DNA of 64,000 nucleotides from an uncultured Verrucomicrobiae bacterium (GCA_963801815.1 CAWDGJ010000002.1:320001-384000), one strand, 5' to 3'; counted from the first letter of the stretch, positions 44,252-54,554 are shown. Numbers and translations: made by a program. Notes: a model not told the origin generated them from the letters alone.

Positions 44252-44850
44252 GACTTTGTTTTGTCCGGCGCCGGCTGGATCTCTTCCGGCTTGAAGACAA
44301 ATGTTTCAACCAAAGCAGCGTGGGCACGCTTCGTCACCGGATCGTAGGCGATCCTCCAGAATTGAATCTGCATGCCCCAGTCCTGTTCTTGCTCGCCGGA
44401 CTTTCGTCCGTACGGCACCATGAGATAAAATGACTCCGCCGCAGTCCCGACAGCGTCGCCTTTCGCGTCGAACAGCGCCACCGGCAGTCGCTGGTGGGTC
44501 GCAGTCCAGTTCTCTTGTGCGAGCTCTCTCGCGGCTCGAAGGAAATTTTTGCGAACCGGATAATCGAGAGCGCGGTCCAGCAAATCCGCCTGTTCAGGGG
44601 AGAACTGGGTCAGCGGGTTGCGTCTGCCATCAGGTGCAACCACGAATACTTTCGCATAGCGGTTTTGCAGCCCATCGGCGCCGGCAAACATCCCCATGCC
44701 GCCGCCCTTCCAGGTCGAGAGATCGTGCGTGCTGCTGAGATAGATGTGCCGCCCGAGAATGATCAGTGACACGACCGGGACGCACAGCATGAGCGCCCAT
44801 TGCCAAAATGGTGACGCCTGAGATAAACGCGGAATTTCAGATAGCCGCAT
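44248..44850 (-). CDS. Single-TM hypothetical protein translationally coupled to the HTTM gene
   Basis: TM then L..WKGGGMGMFA. ATGA overlap with 43280..44251. Confidence 0.75.
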   Translation of the reverse strand: MRLSEIPRLSQASPFWQWALMLCVPVVSLIILGRHIYLSSTHDLSTWKGGGMGMFAGADGLQNRYAKVFVVAPDGRRNPLTQFSPEQADLLDRALDYPVRKNFLRAARELAQENWTATHQRLPVALFDAKGDAVGTAAESFYLMVPYGRKSGEQEQDWGMQIQFWRIAYDPVTKRAHAALVETFVFKPEEIQPAPDKTKS

Positions 44851-45004
44851 ATTATGCGTTACCGTGTGCGATCTCTCCTGATTGCCAAATTGCGACGAAA
44901 CTTGTCGATCTCTATTTCAGAGGGCGTCGTCGCGCGAATTCCGCGCTAAAAAAAGCAGCCGGGCACACGGCCCGGCTGCCCACAATGACTTTCTTGAGCG
45001 ACGT

Positions 45005-45763
45005 CTAGAACTTGTAGTTGAGACCGGCACGCACATTCCAGTCTTCGTTTTGGAAGCTGAAGCGAAAAGTCTCGTTACTCCCTTCGCCGAAGTTGGTGGT
45101 GAAGCTGCCGGTGCTCTCAGGATATTCGTAATAGAGACCCTCCATACGCGCGCTCCAGTGGCAATTAAACATATATTCGGCACCCACGCCGACCACAAAG
45201 CCAGCCTGCCAATCATCTCCTGTCGCAGTGAAGGGATGTCCCACGCTCGGACCTTCCTCAGCTGTCCATTTATCGTTTGAGTGCGAGAAAGCCACACCAC
45301 CAGTTGCGTAGATGAGCGCTTTATCGACAGCGACGCCGGCACGTGCGCGCAAGCTCCCCTGAAAATCGACGTCGGCTTTATACTGCAGATGGGCAGCGTC
45401 TCCTGAGAATCGGTCAAGCGTGTGAGTATTCTCGGTGTTGAGATAGTCCGAGTCAGCCTCAAATCCGAAAACGAACGATCCCATTTGCCAATTGTATCCC
45501 ATTTGGCCGCCGACAGCGACGTTGGTGTCCTCGATCGTGTTGGTGAAGGGATCAAACCAATCATCCAAGTCGGTGATGTTGGTGTGGAGACCGGCCACTC
45601 CGACGTTAAGACCGATGTAAAAGCCGCTCCAATCACACGGAGGCGGAGCTGGCATGACATTTTTGTCAACCGGAGCCGGACCTCCAAAGCTCGACGCCCC
45701 GATAAGAATTGCAGCGACAGCAGCAAACGATGGCAACAAATATTTGGTTAAGGATTTGTTCAT
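45005..45763 (-). CDS. Outer-membrane beta-barrel (Omp25/RopB-like)
   Basis: Signal peptide, WSGFYIG, GGQ.GYNWQ, R.RAG......L.YATGG.A, C-terminal RAGLNYKF. Confidence 0.92.
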   Translation of the reverse strand: MNKSLTKYLLPSFAAVAAILIGASSFGGPAPVDKNVMPAPPPCDWSGFYIGLNVGVAGLHTNITDLDDWFDPFTNTIEDTNVAVGGQMGYNWQMGSFVFGFEADSDYLNTENTHTLDRFSGDAAHLQYKADVDFQGSLRARAGVAVDKALIYATGGVAFSHSNDKWTAEEGPSVGHPFTATGDDWQAGFVVGVGAEYMFNCHWSARMEGLYYEYPESTGSFTTNFGEGSNETFRFSFQNEDWNVRAGLNYKF

Positions 45764-46103
45764 AACGCGGGGGAGATTGCAGGTTCGGGGCGGGAGCGTC
45801 AAGCGAAAATTTTGCGGGTCCAGCCGCCCCCGGCCCCGCCCGGCATGTGCCGCCAGACAGAACTGGCGGCATTTTCGGAGTACTCTGGGATCAAAGCCTC
45901 CACCCTGATTTTAGGGGCTACCGTCCGGGTGCACCCACCCCTAATCCCCGAAACAACAATCCGTCCGAAGCGACGTTCACGCCGTCGTCGGGAAAACAAT
46001 CACGTCAGCCTGCTTCGTCATTGCTAGCCTGAAGCTTACACGCCGCGCCTGAGCAATGCGCATCACGACTCGCGGCATTTGTTCGCGACGCGCTGCATCC
46101 AAC

Positions 46104-46174
46104 ACCACTTCCAAACTTCTTTGCCGCCTGCAAAGGCTCTGGCATAATAGCGGCCGGACTTATGCCGTAGGAGA
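46104..46174 (-). pseudogene. Remnant of a tyrosine-integrase N-terminal arm-binding segment
   Basis: Translates LLRHKSGRYYARAFAGGKEVWK, a typical integrase N-terminal beta-strand motif. Abuts the tRNA; rest of gene absent. Confidence 0.65.
46121..46148 (+). promoter_or_regulatory. Putative sigma70 promoter for the displaced tRNA
   Basis: TTGCCG-16 nt-CATAAT with extended -10 TG at 46140-46141, 27 nt upstream of the tRNA. Confidence 0.55.
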
Positions 46175-46175
46175 T

Positions 46176-46249
46176 GCGCCCGTAGCTCAGCCGGATAGAG
46201 CAACGGATTTCTAATCCGTAGGCCGGGTGTTCGAGTCACCCCGGGCGCG
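46176..46249 (+). tRNA. tRNA-Arg (anticodon TCT), CCA not encoded
   Basis: Cloverleaf: GCGCCCG/CGGGCGC, GCTC/GAGC, ACGGA-TTTCTAA-TCCGT, GGGTG-TTCGAGT-CACCC. Confidence 0.98.
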
Positions 46250-46416
46250 CTTTGAAATCGATCTGGAATCACTGCACGCGATGTCCGACCAAATTCGAAC
46301 CAACAACAGTGAACGTTCTTGCTCGCTTCCTCTTAGCCGATCTCTGCTGCTGTCGTCGAAGCCGCAAACGCGCACGGTGTCCCCAGCAAAGCGAACCAGA
46401 GCGCGCGTAAACCGTG

Positions 46417-46878
46417 TTACCAGCGATGAAACGCCGGATGACCTTCTTTAACCGCCACAAAAACGCCGCGGCAAGTCGCGCAAACTTTTCCGCCACCGCT
46501 TAGTGTTCCTTCAATTGTCGCGCGATCACCGCTTAGATCGACAACGTGCGCGGCGAGCGAAATTGAATCGTTGGTCGGCGTTGGCCGCAGCAACTTGATC
46601 GAATATTCCGCCGTCACTGTGCACGGCGGATGATCCGCGCCGGCGTTTTTCATCAAGTGATAGGCCGCTGTCCAGTTGCAGTGGCAATCGAGGAGGGTGC
46701 CGATGATTCCGCCGTTTAACACTCCCGGGAACGCTTCGTACTTCGGTTGCGGCTGCCACTCCGCGACGACTTCGCCGTTCTTGGGAAAACTTCGAATGCG
46801 TAGTCCTTCGGAGTTGGCCGGTCCGCAGCCCCAGCATGAGTTCTCCGGAGCGTATCTTTCCTGGAGCGATTTTTCCAT
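46417..46878 (-). CDS. PaaI-family (hotdog) thioesterase
   Basis: C.GCGP.N..GL, G.LNGGIIGTLLDCH, VTA.Y.IKLLRPTP. Confidence 0.9.
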   Translation of the reverse strand: MEKSLQERYAPENSCWGCGPANSEGLRIRSFPKNGEVVAEWQPQPKYEAFPGVLNGGIIGTLLDCHCNWTAAYHLMKNAGADHPPCTVTAEYSIKLLRPTPTNDSISLAAHVVDLSGDRATIEGTLSGGGKVCATCRGVFVAVKEGHPAFHRW

Positions 46879-46937
46879 TGTAGCGGCGCTTTATGAGCGT
46901 CGGGCGAAAAATACGGCAGTCGTAGACCGCCGCTACA
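46879..46937. repeat. GTAG-type REP doublet
   Basis: tgtagcggcgctttatgagcgtcg ... cggcagtcgtagaccgccgctaca. Confidence 0.8.
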
Positions 46938-46940
46938 GAT

Positions 46941-48089
46941 TTATGAAGAGCTCGGCGGACCGGGATATTTCCGCGGCTTTGGTCCGACGTAAAGCGAGCG
47001 CGGCCGGATCAATCGGTTGTGGTCGTGTTGCTCGGTGACGTGCGCGCACCAACCGGCCACGCGTGAAGCGGCAAACATCGGCGTGTTCAGCTCGGGCTCG
47101 AACCCGAGCATCCAATAAACCGGCGCGGCGTACAGATCGACATTGGCGCAGAGTCCTTTCTCGCGATCCATCACTTGCTCAAGCTTCTCGCAAATCGGCA
47201 CCCAGTTTTCCTTGCCGGTGCGCTTTCCGAGATCGCGGGCAATCTCGCGCATGGCGGGTACTCGCGAATCACCTTTTTTATAAACGCGATGGCCGAAGCC
47301 CATGATCTTGGCTTTGGCCGCGAGTTGTTTTTTCAACCATTCTTCCGCGCGGTCCGGCGTTCCGATCTCTTCTAGCATCTTCATCGATTCCTCGTTTGCG
47401 CCGCCATGCAATGGGCCTTTGAGCGTCCCGACCGCAGACGTGACGGCAGCGTAAATCCCGGCGAGCGTGGACGCCGTCACGCGGGCCGCGAATGTCGATG
47501 CGTTGAATTCGTGGTCGGCATACAGATTGAAAATCGTGTCCATCATTCGCGTCTTCCACGCTTCAGGCTCTTTGCCGTTCAATTTGTAAAAGATGTTGGC
47601 CGCCTGGCTCAGCTCGGCTCTTTCCGGAACAGGTTCTTGCCCATGGGAAATGCGCCAACCGTCCGCGATCAACGTCGAGACTCGTGCGATTAGCTTGATC
47701 GACTTCCGGATGTCCGCGTCGTGCGAATGATCATGGAGATCCTTGTCGAACGCGCTCAACATCGAGACCCCGGTGCGGAGCATGTCCATCGGGTGCGTGT
47801 TGCGAGGAAGCAGCCGCAGCATCTGCTCAATCTCTTTCGGCAACGCGCGCTCGGATGCGATCTGTTCCCTGAACTCCTTAAGCTGCTTGCCGTTCGGCAG
47901 CTCGCCGTTCAACAAAAGATATGCGACCTCCTCGAACGTCGCTTTGTCGCCCATCTCGTGAATGTCGTAGCCGCGATACATCAGCCCTGCATTCGGATCG
48001 ACCCAGCAGATCGCGGTTTCGCCAGCAATCACGCCGGCCAGCCCCGGGCTATACTGTGGTTTGGCTTCGGTGGTCATTTCTTTGGTCAC
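46941..48089 (-). CDS. prpC: Citrate/2-methylcitrate synthase
   Basis: GL.GV.AGET, DHEFNASTF, GPLHGGANE, MGFGHRVYK, NVD. Downstream of prpDB. Confidence 0.88.
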   Translation of the reverse strand: MTKEMTTEAKPQYSPGLAGVIAGETAICWVDPNAGLMYRGYDIHEMGDKATFEEVAYLLLNGELPNGKQLKEFREQIASERALPKEIEQMLRLLPRNTHPMDMLRTGVSMLSAFDKDLHDHSHDADIRKSIKLIARVSTLIADGWRISHGQEPVPERAELSQAANIFYKLNGKEPEAWKTRMMDTIFNLYADHEFNASTFAARVTASTLAGIYAAVTSAVGTLKGPLHGGANEESMKMLEEIGTPDRAEEWLKKQLAAKAKIMGFGHRVYKKGDSRVPAMREIARDLGKRTGKENWVPICEKLEQVMDREKGLCANVDLYAAPVYWMLGFEPELNTPMFAASRVAGWCAHVTEQHDHNRLIRPRSLYVGPKPRKYPGPPSSS

Positions 48090-48119
48090 GTTAACAACGA
48101 TACGCGATTCGACAAATGT

Positions 48120-48986
48120 TCAGTCGCGAAAACCTTTCCACTCTTCCGCCGCCGGGTTGTAATCCAGGAGGTCGTAAAGCTCCTGTCGCGTCTGCATTTG
48201 GTCGAGCCAATCGTTTTGCGTCCCCGCCTTTTTTAGAGCGGCGAAGAATTTCGCAGTCGTTTTCATCGAAATCCGAAAAGCGCTCTGCGGGAAGATGATC
48301 ATTCGATACCCGAAGTCCGCGAGCTGCCCAAAGGTCAGCAACGGGCTCTTGCCGAACTCGGTCATGTTCGCCATCAACGGAAAATCGATTTCTTTGGCAA
48401 AATCCCGGAACTCTTCGGCGCTCTGCAACGCCTCGGGAAAAATCGCGTCCGCGCCTGCGGCCAGATATTCACCGGCACGCGAAACCGCACTGTCGAAACC
48501 TTCCACCGCCCGTGCATCCGTTCGGGCGATGATCAGAAAATCCTTGTCGCCGCGGGCGGCAACCGCCGCTTTGATTCGAGCAACCATCATCCGAGCATCG
48601 ACAATCGTTTTGCCGGCGAGATGTCCACAGCGTTTCGGGAATTCCTGATCCTCGATGTGACAGCCGGCCAGTCCTGCTTTTTCAAGTTCACGAATTGTTC
48701 GGGCTACAGCTTCGCCTTCGCCGAAACCAGTGTCCGCATCTACGATTGCGGGAATCCTGACCGCATGAGCCACATAACTGGCAAGCCGGATCACTTCGTC
48801 TCTCCACAATAGACCGATGTCCGGAACGCCGGCAGTTGAATTCGCCATTCCCGCGCCGCTAACGTAAACGGCGTCAAATCCCGCCTGCTCAACTTGCCGC
48901 GCCATCGACGCATTCGGCACGCCCGGCATCATCACTGCGCCCTGCGCGATCAGATCGCGCAGCCTCTTCGTCTTACTCTTGCTCAT
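48120..48986 (-). CDS. prpB: 2-methylisocitrate lyase
   Basis: Y.SGA, D.DTGFG, IEDQ..PKRCGH, ARTDA, NMTEFGK. Confidence 0.92.
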   Translation of the reverse strand: MSKSKTKRLRDLIAQGAVMMPGVPNASMARQVEQAGFDAVYVSGAGMANSTAGVPDIGLLWRDEVIRLASYVAHAVRIPAIVDADTGFGEGEAVARTIRELEKAGLAGCHIEDQEFPKRCGHLAGKTIVDARMMVARIKAAVAARGDKDFLIIARTDARAVEGFDSAVSRAGEYLAAGADAIFPEALQSAEEFRDFAKEIDFPLMANMTEFGKSPLLTFGQLADFGYRMIIFPQSAFRISMKTTAKFFAALKKAGTQNDWLDQMQTRQELYDLLDYNPAAEEWKGFRD

Positions 48987-50377
48987 TTCATCACGCAGGC
49001 CGCCAACAGCTCGTCGACGGCGTTCGCTTCATCCAGTTTCCAGGCAAGATCGACAATCTTTCTCGCACGGGCCTCACCCAAAGCGGGAACAACCAAAGCG
49101 TTGAATTTTCCTTCCAATTGTTTGTCGCTCACCGGATTCAGCGCATTACCCAGTGGATAATCGACCCGCTTGGTTAGCTCGCGGCCATCTTGCAGCGTCA
49201 CGTGCACAATGTTCGCAACCGCTCGTGCATATAGTGCGCTGAGCTCGGCGTTGCGCTGCACGGTAACATTCTCAAGAAATTTCCAAATCTTCGGATCCGT
49301 AAAACGCTCCGGCTGAAATTGTTTGTCCGTCACTTCGCCGTCGATCAACGCAATGCTCGTGATGTAGGGCAAACTGTGGTCGGCCGTTTCGCGCGTCTCC
49401 GGTTTCCACTTCTCCGGCTCGCTTCCAATGATGTCGACCGAGGCGTCATGGCTTTCGATTCGAACTGATTGAACTTTCGCCGAATCACCGACTTCCTTGC
49501 GCAGAAACAACGCCGCCTCGATCGCGCTTTGGCTGTGATATTCCGCAGGCCAGTACTTGATGCTCGTCTTCAAAATCATCGACGCCGGCCCTTTTCCAGG
49601 CATCGCCTCCTTTTTCTTGTCGAACACCGAGGCCACGTCGCCTAACGAAACGCCCAGTTCCTTTTCGAATCCCATTTGTCCTTCGAAAATCGGCGCCGGC
49701 CCGGTCATTCCAGCGCGCGCGAGCAGCGCGGCATAAACGCCGTGGCGCGCCGCATTCGCGAAGGCGACCCCTTTCCAATGCGAAAGTTCGCCGACGCGGG
49801 CTTGCCGGAACGCCGCGCAATTTACGCCCGCAATGTTAATGGCGTGTCGCGTTCGCTCCGGATCGAGCTTCATCAGCTTCGCAGCGGCCAGCGCAGTCGA
49901 AAATGCGCCGTAAGTCGGATGATCCCATCCTCGCGCGCGAATGCTGGCAGCATCGCAAAAGCGGCATTGCACTTCGTAAGCAATCGCTGCAGCAGTGATC
50001 GCTTCCTTGCCGCTTGCGCCGACGCTTTCGGCAACGGCAAAAACCGCCGAGAGATTATCACTCGGATGCGCCGGCTCCTTGGAAAGGTAAGTGTCGTTGT
50101 AATCAAAATAGCGAATGCAACAGCCGTTCGCGAATGCACCCCAATCCGGCGGCGCTTTGTGGCTCGTCCCGATGATTGTCGAACCAGCTTTTGCCGAAAA
50201 ATCCGAAGCGACTTTGCGCGCGATTGCGCACGGTTCTTCGTTCCAGGCACCGATCGCGCAGCCCAGCGAATCGATCACGCGCCGCTTCACTTCGTGAACG
50301 ACGTCCTTGGAAAGGTCCTCGAAATTGAGTGAGCATGCGTATTCCGCGAGCTGGTGGGCGAGTGTTTTTGTAGCCAT
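48983..50377 (-). CDS. prpD: 2-methylcitrate dehydratase (MmgE/PrpD)
   Basis: [28 protein letters not shown]. Confidence 0.9.
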   Translation of the reverse strand: MATKTLAHQLAEYACSLNFEDLSKDVVHEVKRRVIDSLGCAIGAWNEEPCAIARKVASDFSAKAGSTIIGTSHKAPPDWGAFANGCCIRYFDYNDTYLSKEPAHPSDNLSAVFAVAESVGASGKEAITAAAIAYEVQCRFCDAASIRARGWDHPTYGAFSTALAAAKLMKLDPERTRHAINIAGVNCAAFRQARVGELSHWKGVAFANAARHGVYAALLARAGMTGPAPIFEGQMGFEKELGVSLGDVASVFDKKKEAMPGKGPASMILKTSIKYWPAEYHSQSAIEAALFLRKEVGDSAKVQSVRIESHDASVDIIGSEPEKWKPETRETADHSLPYITSIALIDGEVTDKQFQPERFTDPKIWKFLENVTVQRNAELSALYARAVANIVHVTLQDGRELTKRVDYPLGNALNPVSDKQLEGKFNALVVPALGEARARKIVDLAWKLDEANAVDELLAACVMK

Positions 50378-50479
50378 GAAATTGAACGTCCAATCTGCCG
50401 ACGAAAATCAGGTCGGCAAGCGATTGTCGGCGTTCTCGCGGTTGCCCTTGAGTCGAAAACCGCGCACAATCTTTTTCAG

Positions 50480-51838
50480 ATGAACAAAGTTTACCCCAAT
50501 GCGAAAACCGCCCTCGAAGGCCTGCTGCACGACAACATGACGATCGCCGCGGGCGGGTTCGGACTGTGCGGTATCCCGGAAAATCTTATCGCGGCGCTGC
50601 ACGACAGCGGCGTCAAAGGCCTCACGATTGTCGGCAATAACGCAGGCGTCGATGACTTCGGCATGGGGGTCCTGCTACCGGCCCGACAGGTCAAAAAGGT
50701 GATGGCTTCATACGTCGGCGAAAACAAGGAGTTCGAGCGGCAGGTCCTCGCCGGTGAACTGGAACTTGAGCTCATTCCGCAAGGCACGCTGGCCGAGCGA
50801 TTGCGCGCCGGCGGGGCGGGAATTCCGGGATTCTACACCCGCACCGGCTTCGCCACGAAGCTCACAGAAGGCAAAGAGACCAAAAAATTTGGGGATTGCG
50901 AATATGTGCTCGAGCCCGGAATCACTGCCGAATTGTCGATCGTAAAGGCTTGGAAGGGCGATAAATCCGGCAATCTCATTTACCGGGAGACGTCACGAAA
51001 TTTTAACCCAATGATCGCGACCTGCGGCAAAGTTTGCGTGGCCGAGGTCGAGCAACTCGTTGAAATCGGCGAGCTCGATCCGGATCAGATCCATACGCCG
51101 GGAATTTTCGTCGATCGTATTGTTCAGGGCGCAAGGTACGAAAAACGGATCGAGTTCCGGACCGTGCAGGGCGCCGATCCAAACAAGAAAACTTCATCGC
51201 CAGTTCGCGATTTGATGGCGAAGCGTGCCGCGCAGGAATTGCGGGACGGCTACTACGTAAATCTCGGCATCGGAATTCCGACGCTCGTTGCAAATTACAT
51301 TCCGGAGGGAATTCACGTCACGCTTCAATCCGAGAACGGATTGCTAGGCATCGGCCCGTTCCCAAAGCCGGGCGAAGAAGATCCCGATCTGATCAACGCC
51401 GGCAAACAAACCATCACGACCATGCCCGGCTCGGCGTTTTTCTCGAGCGCCGATTCGTTCGGGCAAATCCGCGGCGGGCATATCGATCTCGCAATTCTTG
51501 GAGCATTCGAAGTGACCGACAACGGCGACATCGCGAACTGGATGATCCCCGGGAAAATGATCAAGGGGCCGGGAGGCGCGATGGACCTGGTAGCCGGAGT
51601 CAAACGAGTTGTCGCGGTGATGGAACATACGTCGAAAGATGGCAGCCCTAAGATTTTGAAGAAATGCACGCTTCCGATCACGGGCCTTGGGGTGGTCAAT
51701 TTGATCATCACCGACTTGTGCGTGTTCAAAGTGAAAGAAGGCGGCGGCCTCGTTCTCACCGAAATTCATTCCAACGCGACCGTGGACGAGATTAAGGCAA
51801 AGACGGGCGCGCCGTTCGAAGTTCGGTTGAAAAGCTAA
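50480..51838 (+). CDS. 3-oxoacid CoA-transferase, fused A+B subunits
   Basis: [23 protein letters not shown], then [15 protein letters not shown] (catalytic Glu), GGAMDLV in one frame. Confidence 0.93.
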   Translation: MNKVYPNAKTALEGLLHDNMTIAAGGFGLCGIPENLIAALHDSGVKGLTIVGNNAGVDDFGMGVLLPARQVKKVMASYVGENKEFERQVLAGELELELIPQGTLAERLRAGGAGIPGFYTRTGFATKLTEGKETKKFGDCEYVLEPGITAELSIVKAWKGDKSGNLIYRETSRNFNPMIATCGKVCVAEVEQLVEIGELDPDQIHTPGIFVDRIVQGARYEKRIEFRTVQGADPNKKTSSPVRDLMAKRAAQELRDGYYVNLGIGIPTLVANYIPEGIHVTLQSENGLLGIGPFPKPGEEDPDLINAGKQTITTMPGSAFFSSADSFGQIRGGHIDLAILGAFEVTDNGDIANWMIPGKMIKGPGGAMDLVAGVKRVVAVMEHTSKDGSPKILKKCTLPITGLGVVNLIITDLCVFKVKEGGGLVLTEIHSNATVDEIKAKTGAPFEVRLKS

Positions 51839-51851
51839 AACGCTGCTTCAG

Positions 51852-52196
51852 CTATTTTGGTCGGGGCTCAAAATAAAGATGGTGATGCTTCGCGCATCCC
51901 GGGTTAAACCGCCGCTGGCAGCGCGGACAAACGGAGTTGCAATTCAGATACTCGGTGACGGTTAACTGCTGGCCGCAACCGCCGCACAAAATTGCCGGCT
52001 CATCGAATCTTTCTCGCGGCCACACAACCGGAGCGTGTCCAGCGAGCTTGGCGTGACATTCGTGACAGGAAAACCATTTGTCGCAGCACTTGAATTTAAT
52101 CGCGACGATATCGTGCTCGCTGTGATAATGAGCGCAGCGCGTTTCATTATCGACATGGACACCGATGACATTCACGCCGTGAATCGTTCGTTCCAT
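51852..52196 (-). CDS. CHY zinc-finger protein
   Basis: RC.HYH...D.VAIKFKCC...C..CH ... LCG.C ... CP.C...FNPGC..H...YF. Confidence 0.9.
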   Translation of the reverse strand: MERTIHGVNVIGVHVDNETRCAHYHSEHDIVAIKFKCCDKWFSCHECHAKLAGHAPVVWPRERFDEPAILCGGCGQQLTVTEYLNCNSVCPRCQRRFNPGCAKHHHLYFEPRPK

Positions 52197-52220
52197 GTCG
52201 TAGGTCAGACGCCTATCGAC

Positions 52221-53507
52221 TTACACTGCGCGCTCTCGCGGACACAAGAGTACGAGCAGCGACGCGATGACCCAGCACGCGATCATGAAAATAAATCCGC
52301 CGCGGAACGACCCCATCCCTTGACTCAGTTCGCCGATTATTTTGGGGCCAAAAAATCCGCCAATACTTGCAGTACAATTGATGAATCCAACCGCCGCGGC
52401 AGCCGCCGAGCTGGTAAGGAACGCAGATGGCAGCGCCCAAAATGATGGCAAATAGGCGATCGTTCCAAACACAACCAGTGAAAATATCGCTACCAGCGTA
52501 ACGTTTGAAGGGGGAAGGAAAAACCACGCACTGAGCGCGACCGCCGCAGTTAATTGGGGAATGGCAAAATGCCAGCGACGCTCGCGAGTACGATCCGAGC
52601 TCCATCCCAGCAACAACATTCCGATGAGTGCCGCAGCAAACGGAATTGCGCCGACCCAGCCTATCCGTTGCACATCAGTCCACCCGGTGAGCCGCTGCAA
52701 CATCGTCGGCATCCAAAACCAAAAGGCGTAGCCACCGGTGTAAGTGAAAAACAAACCCGCTGTCAGCATCAAGACGGCCGGATGTCGCAGTGCCTGCCAG
52801 ATGGTCACATGCTCGACGTGCGCCTTTGCAGCCCGCTCTTCCGAAAGACGAGATTTTAACCAATCGCGTTCGTCAGGCTGCAACCACTTCACATCGCCCG
52901 GCCAATCCGGCAGCACGAACAGCGTCGCCATTCCGAGCACGATTGCAGGAACGCCTTCAAACAGAAAGAGCCATCGCCATCCGGAAAGGCCGAGCCAGTG
53001 AACCCCAAGGATTGCACCGGCGATCGGTCCCCCAATCATAAAGCCAACCGGAATGGCGGACATGAACCGCGCCACCGCTTTGGCCCGGTCGCGGTAAATA
53101 AACCAGTGGGAAAGATAGACGATTACACCGGGAAAAAATCCCGCCTCGGCCGCGCCCAACAAAAACCGCGCGCCGTAAAGTTGATGCGGAGTGTGAACAA
53201 AACCGGTTAGCGTGGTGAGAGCACCCCATGTAATCAGTGTGGTCGAGAGCGATAGCCGCGCGCTCCAATGTTCCACTAACAGCGCTCCCGGAATTTGCAG
53301 CGCGAAATACCCGATGAAGAAAATTCCGCTCGCGGTACCGAATACCGAATCGGTCAGGCCGAGGTCGCCCTTCATCCCGAGCGTCGCGTAAGCGATATTT
53401 GTCCGGTCGAGATAATTCGCGATGTAAAGGAGAAACAAAAACGGTAGCAGCCGCCGCGCAACTCGAGTGCGTGCAGTTTCCCCAGTGTCAGGTTGCAGAG
53501 CGTTCAT
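52221..53507 (-). CDS. MFS transporter (anion:cation symporter family)
   Basis: RRLLP, YLDR.NI, RFLLG.AEAGFFPG, GWRWLF..EG.P. Confidence 0.93.
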   Translation of the reverse strand: MNALQPDTGETARTRVARRLLPFLFLLYIANYLDRTNIAYATLGMKGDLGLTDSVFGTASGIFFIGYFALQIPGALLVEHWSARLSLSTTLITWGALTTLTGFVHTPHQLYGARFLLGAAEAGFFPGVIVYLSHWFIYRDRAKAVARFMSAIPVGFMIGGPIAGAILGVHWLGLSGWRWLFLFEGVPAIVLGMATLFVLPDWPGDVKWLQPDERDWLKSRLSEERAAKAHVEHVTIWQALRHPAVLMLTAGLFFTYTGGYAFWFWMPTMLQRLTGWTDVQRIGWVGAIPFAAALIGMLLLGWSSDRTRERRWHFAIPQLTAAVALSAWFFLPPSNVTLVAIFSLVVFGTIAYLPSFWALPSAFLTSSAAAAAVGFINCTASIGGFFGPKIIGELSQGMGSFRGGFIFMIACWVIASLLVLLCPRERAV

Positions 53508-53625
53508 GGCCGCGCGCAGCATATCGCCCTTCAATACGGTCACAATCCGAATCGAGAACATCGCGCAGCGAAATCAGTGCGAGTTTTGATATGGCAATGT
53601 CAGGCGCACGGAGTTACAACGCGCC

Positions 53626-54033
53626 ATGAGATATGGACGGCTAGCCATCACAATGATTGCGCTCGTAGCCACGGTGTTGGCGGTAACACCGGCCAATTTT
53701 GCTGGCGAGTACACGGACAAGAGTTTTCTCAACGGCCAAGCCACATTCCAAATGAGCTTGGAGCAAAGTGGAAACACGATTTCGGTTTGGTTCAGCGTGG
53801 GATACAACGACGGCCACGGGCTGCTGCCCGAAGCCGATGGCAGCGGCAAAATGACAGGCAAAGGCATAGTCGAGTTCACGTTCAAGGACAGTGCGAGCAA
53901 TGCCGGCACGGGCACGATCAGCCGTGCGGGCAACGACATCATTGTTTCGCTCAAGACAACTCGAGTAGCCGACGCACGTTGCCTTGAGCTTTATCGGCAG
54001 AACATGCGATTGAAACCAGCCGGTAAAAAATAG
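53626..54033 (+). CDS. Small exported hypothetical protein
   Basis: Signal peptide followed by a beta-rich domain. Confidence 0.7.
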   Translation: MRYGRLAITMIALVATVLAVTPANFAGEYTDKSFLNGQATFQMSLEQSGNTISVWFSVGYNDGHGLLPEADGSGKMTGKGIVEFTFKDSASNAGTGTISRAGNDIIVSLKTTRVADARCLELYRQNMRLKPAGKK

Positions 54034-54080
54034 GCGCAAGAATCGGGTGTTCAGGTGCCGCGCAAAAGCGATCCTCTTGC

Positions 54081-54554
54081 ATGAAAGCAAATTTTCGGAT
54101 CGTTGCTTTGCCCCTCGCACAATTTCAGCCGCTTTTTACGCTAAGCGACGATCAGCTCGCTCAAAAAGGCGCGCGCCGAATGACCGTTGACGCCAAACCC
54201 GGGTTTCCATGCCGAGTCAGCCTGGAAGATGCGGAGATTGGCGAGCAGGTGGTCCTTACCCCATTCGCTCATCATGATGTCGATTCACCATATCGCGGGT
54301 CGGGACCAATTTTCGTGCGCCAGAAAGCGAAGGAAGCGGATCTCTCTGTCGGCGAAATTCCTGAAGCTGTATCGACCCGGACAATGTCAGTTCGCGCCTA
54401 CGACAAGAATTCGATGATGATCGATGGCAGCGTCGTTCCCGGATCGGAGATCAAAGCACACATCGAAAGACTGTTCGCCAACCCAAAGATTGCTTACTTG
54501 CATTTGCACAATGCCGGCGCCGGCTGCTATTCGTGCAGAGTAGAACGCGCCTGA
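54081..54554 (+). CDS. DUF1203-family protein
   Basis: PCRVSL.DA..GE, SPY...GPIFV, SVRAYD, H.HNA..GCY. Confidence 0.88.
   Translation: MKANFRIVALPLAQFQPLFTLSDDQLAQKGARRMTVDAKPGFPCRVSLEDAEIGEQVVLTPFAHHDVDSPYRGSGPIFVRQKAKEADLSVGEIPEAVSTRTMSVRAYDKNSMMIDGSVVPGSEIKAHIERLFANPKIAYLHLHNAGAGCYSCRVERA

Larger units (their letters stand above)
42953..46215. mobile_element. Degenerate tRNA-integrated islet (3.2 kb)
   Basis: Flanked by 41-bp tRNA direct repeats; contains an integrase N-terminal remnant and three cargo genes. Confidence 0.85.

Noticed and set aside
46063..46272. 69-aa ORF as a real gene
   Set aside because: It is the antisense of the tRNA fused to the integrase remnant.
50480..51838. 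Fused CoA-transferase subunits as a novelty
   Set aside because: A+B fusions are well known in this family.
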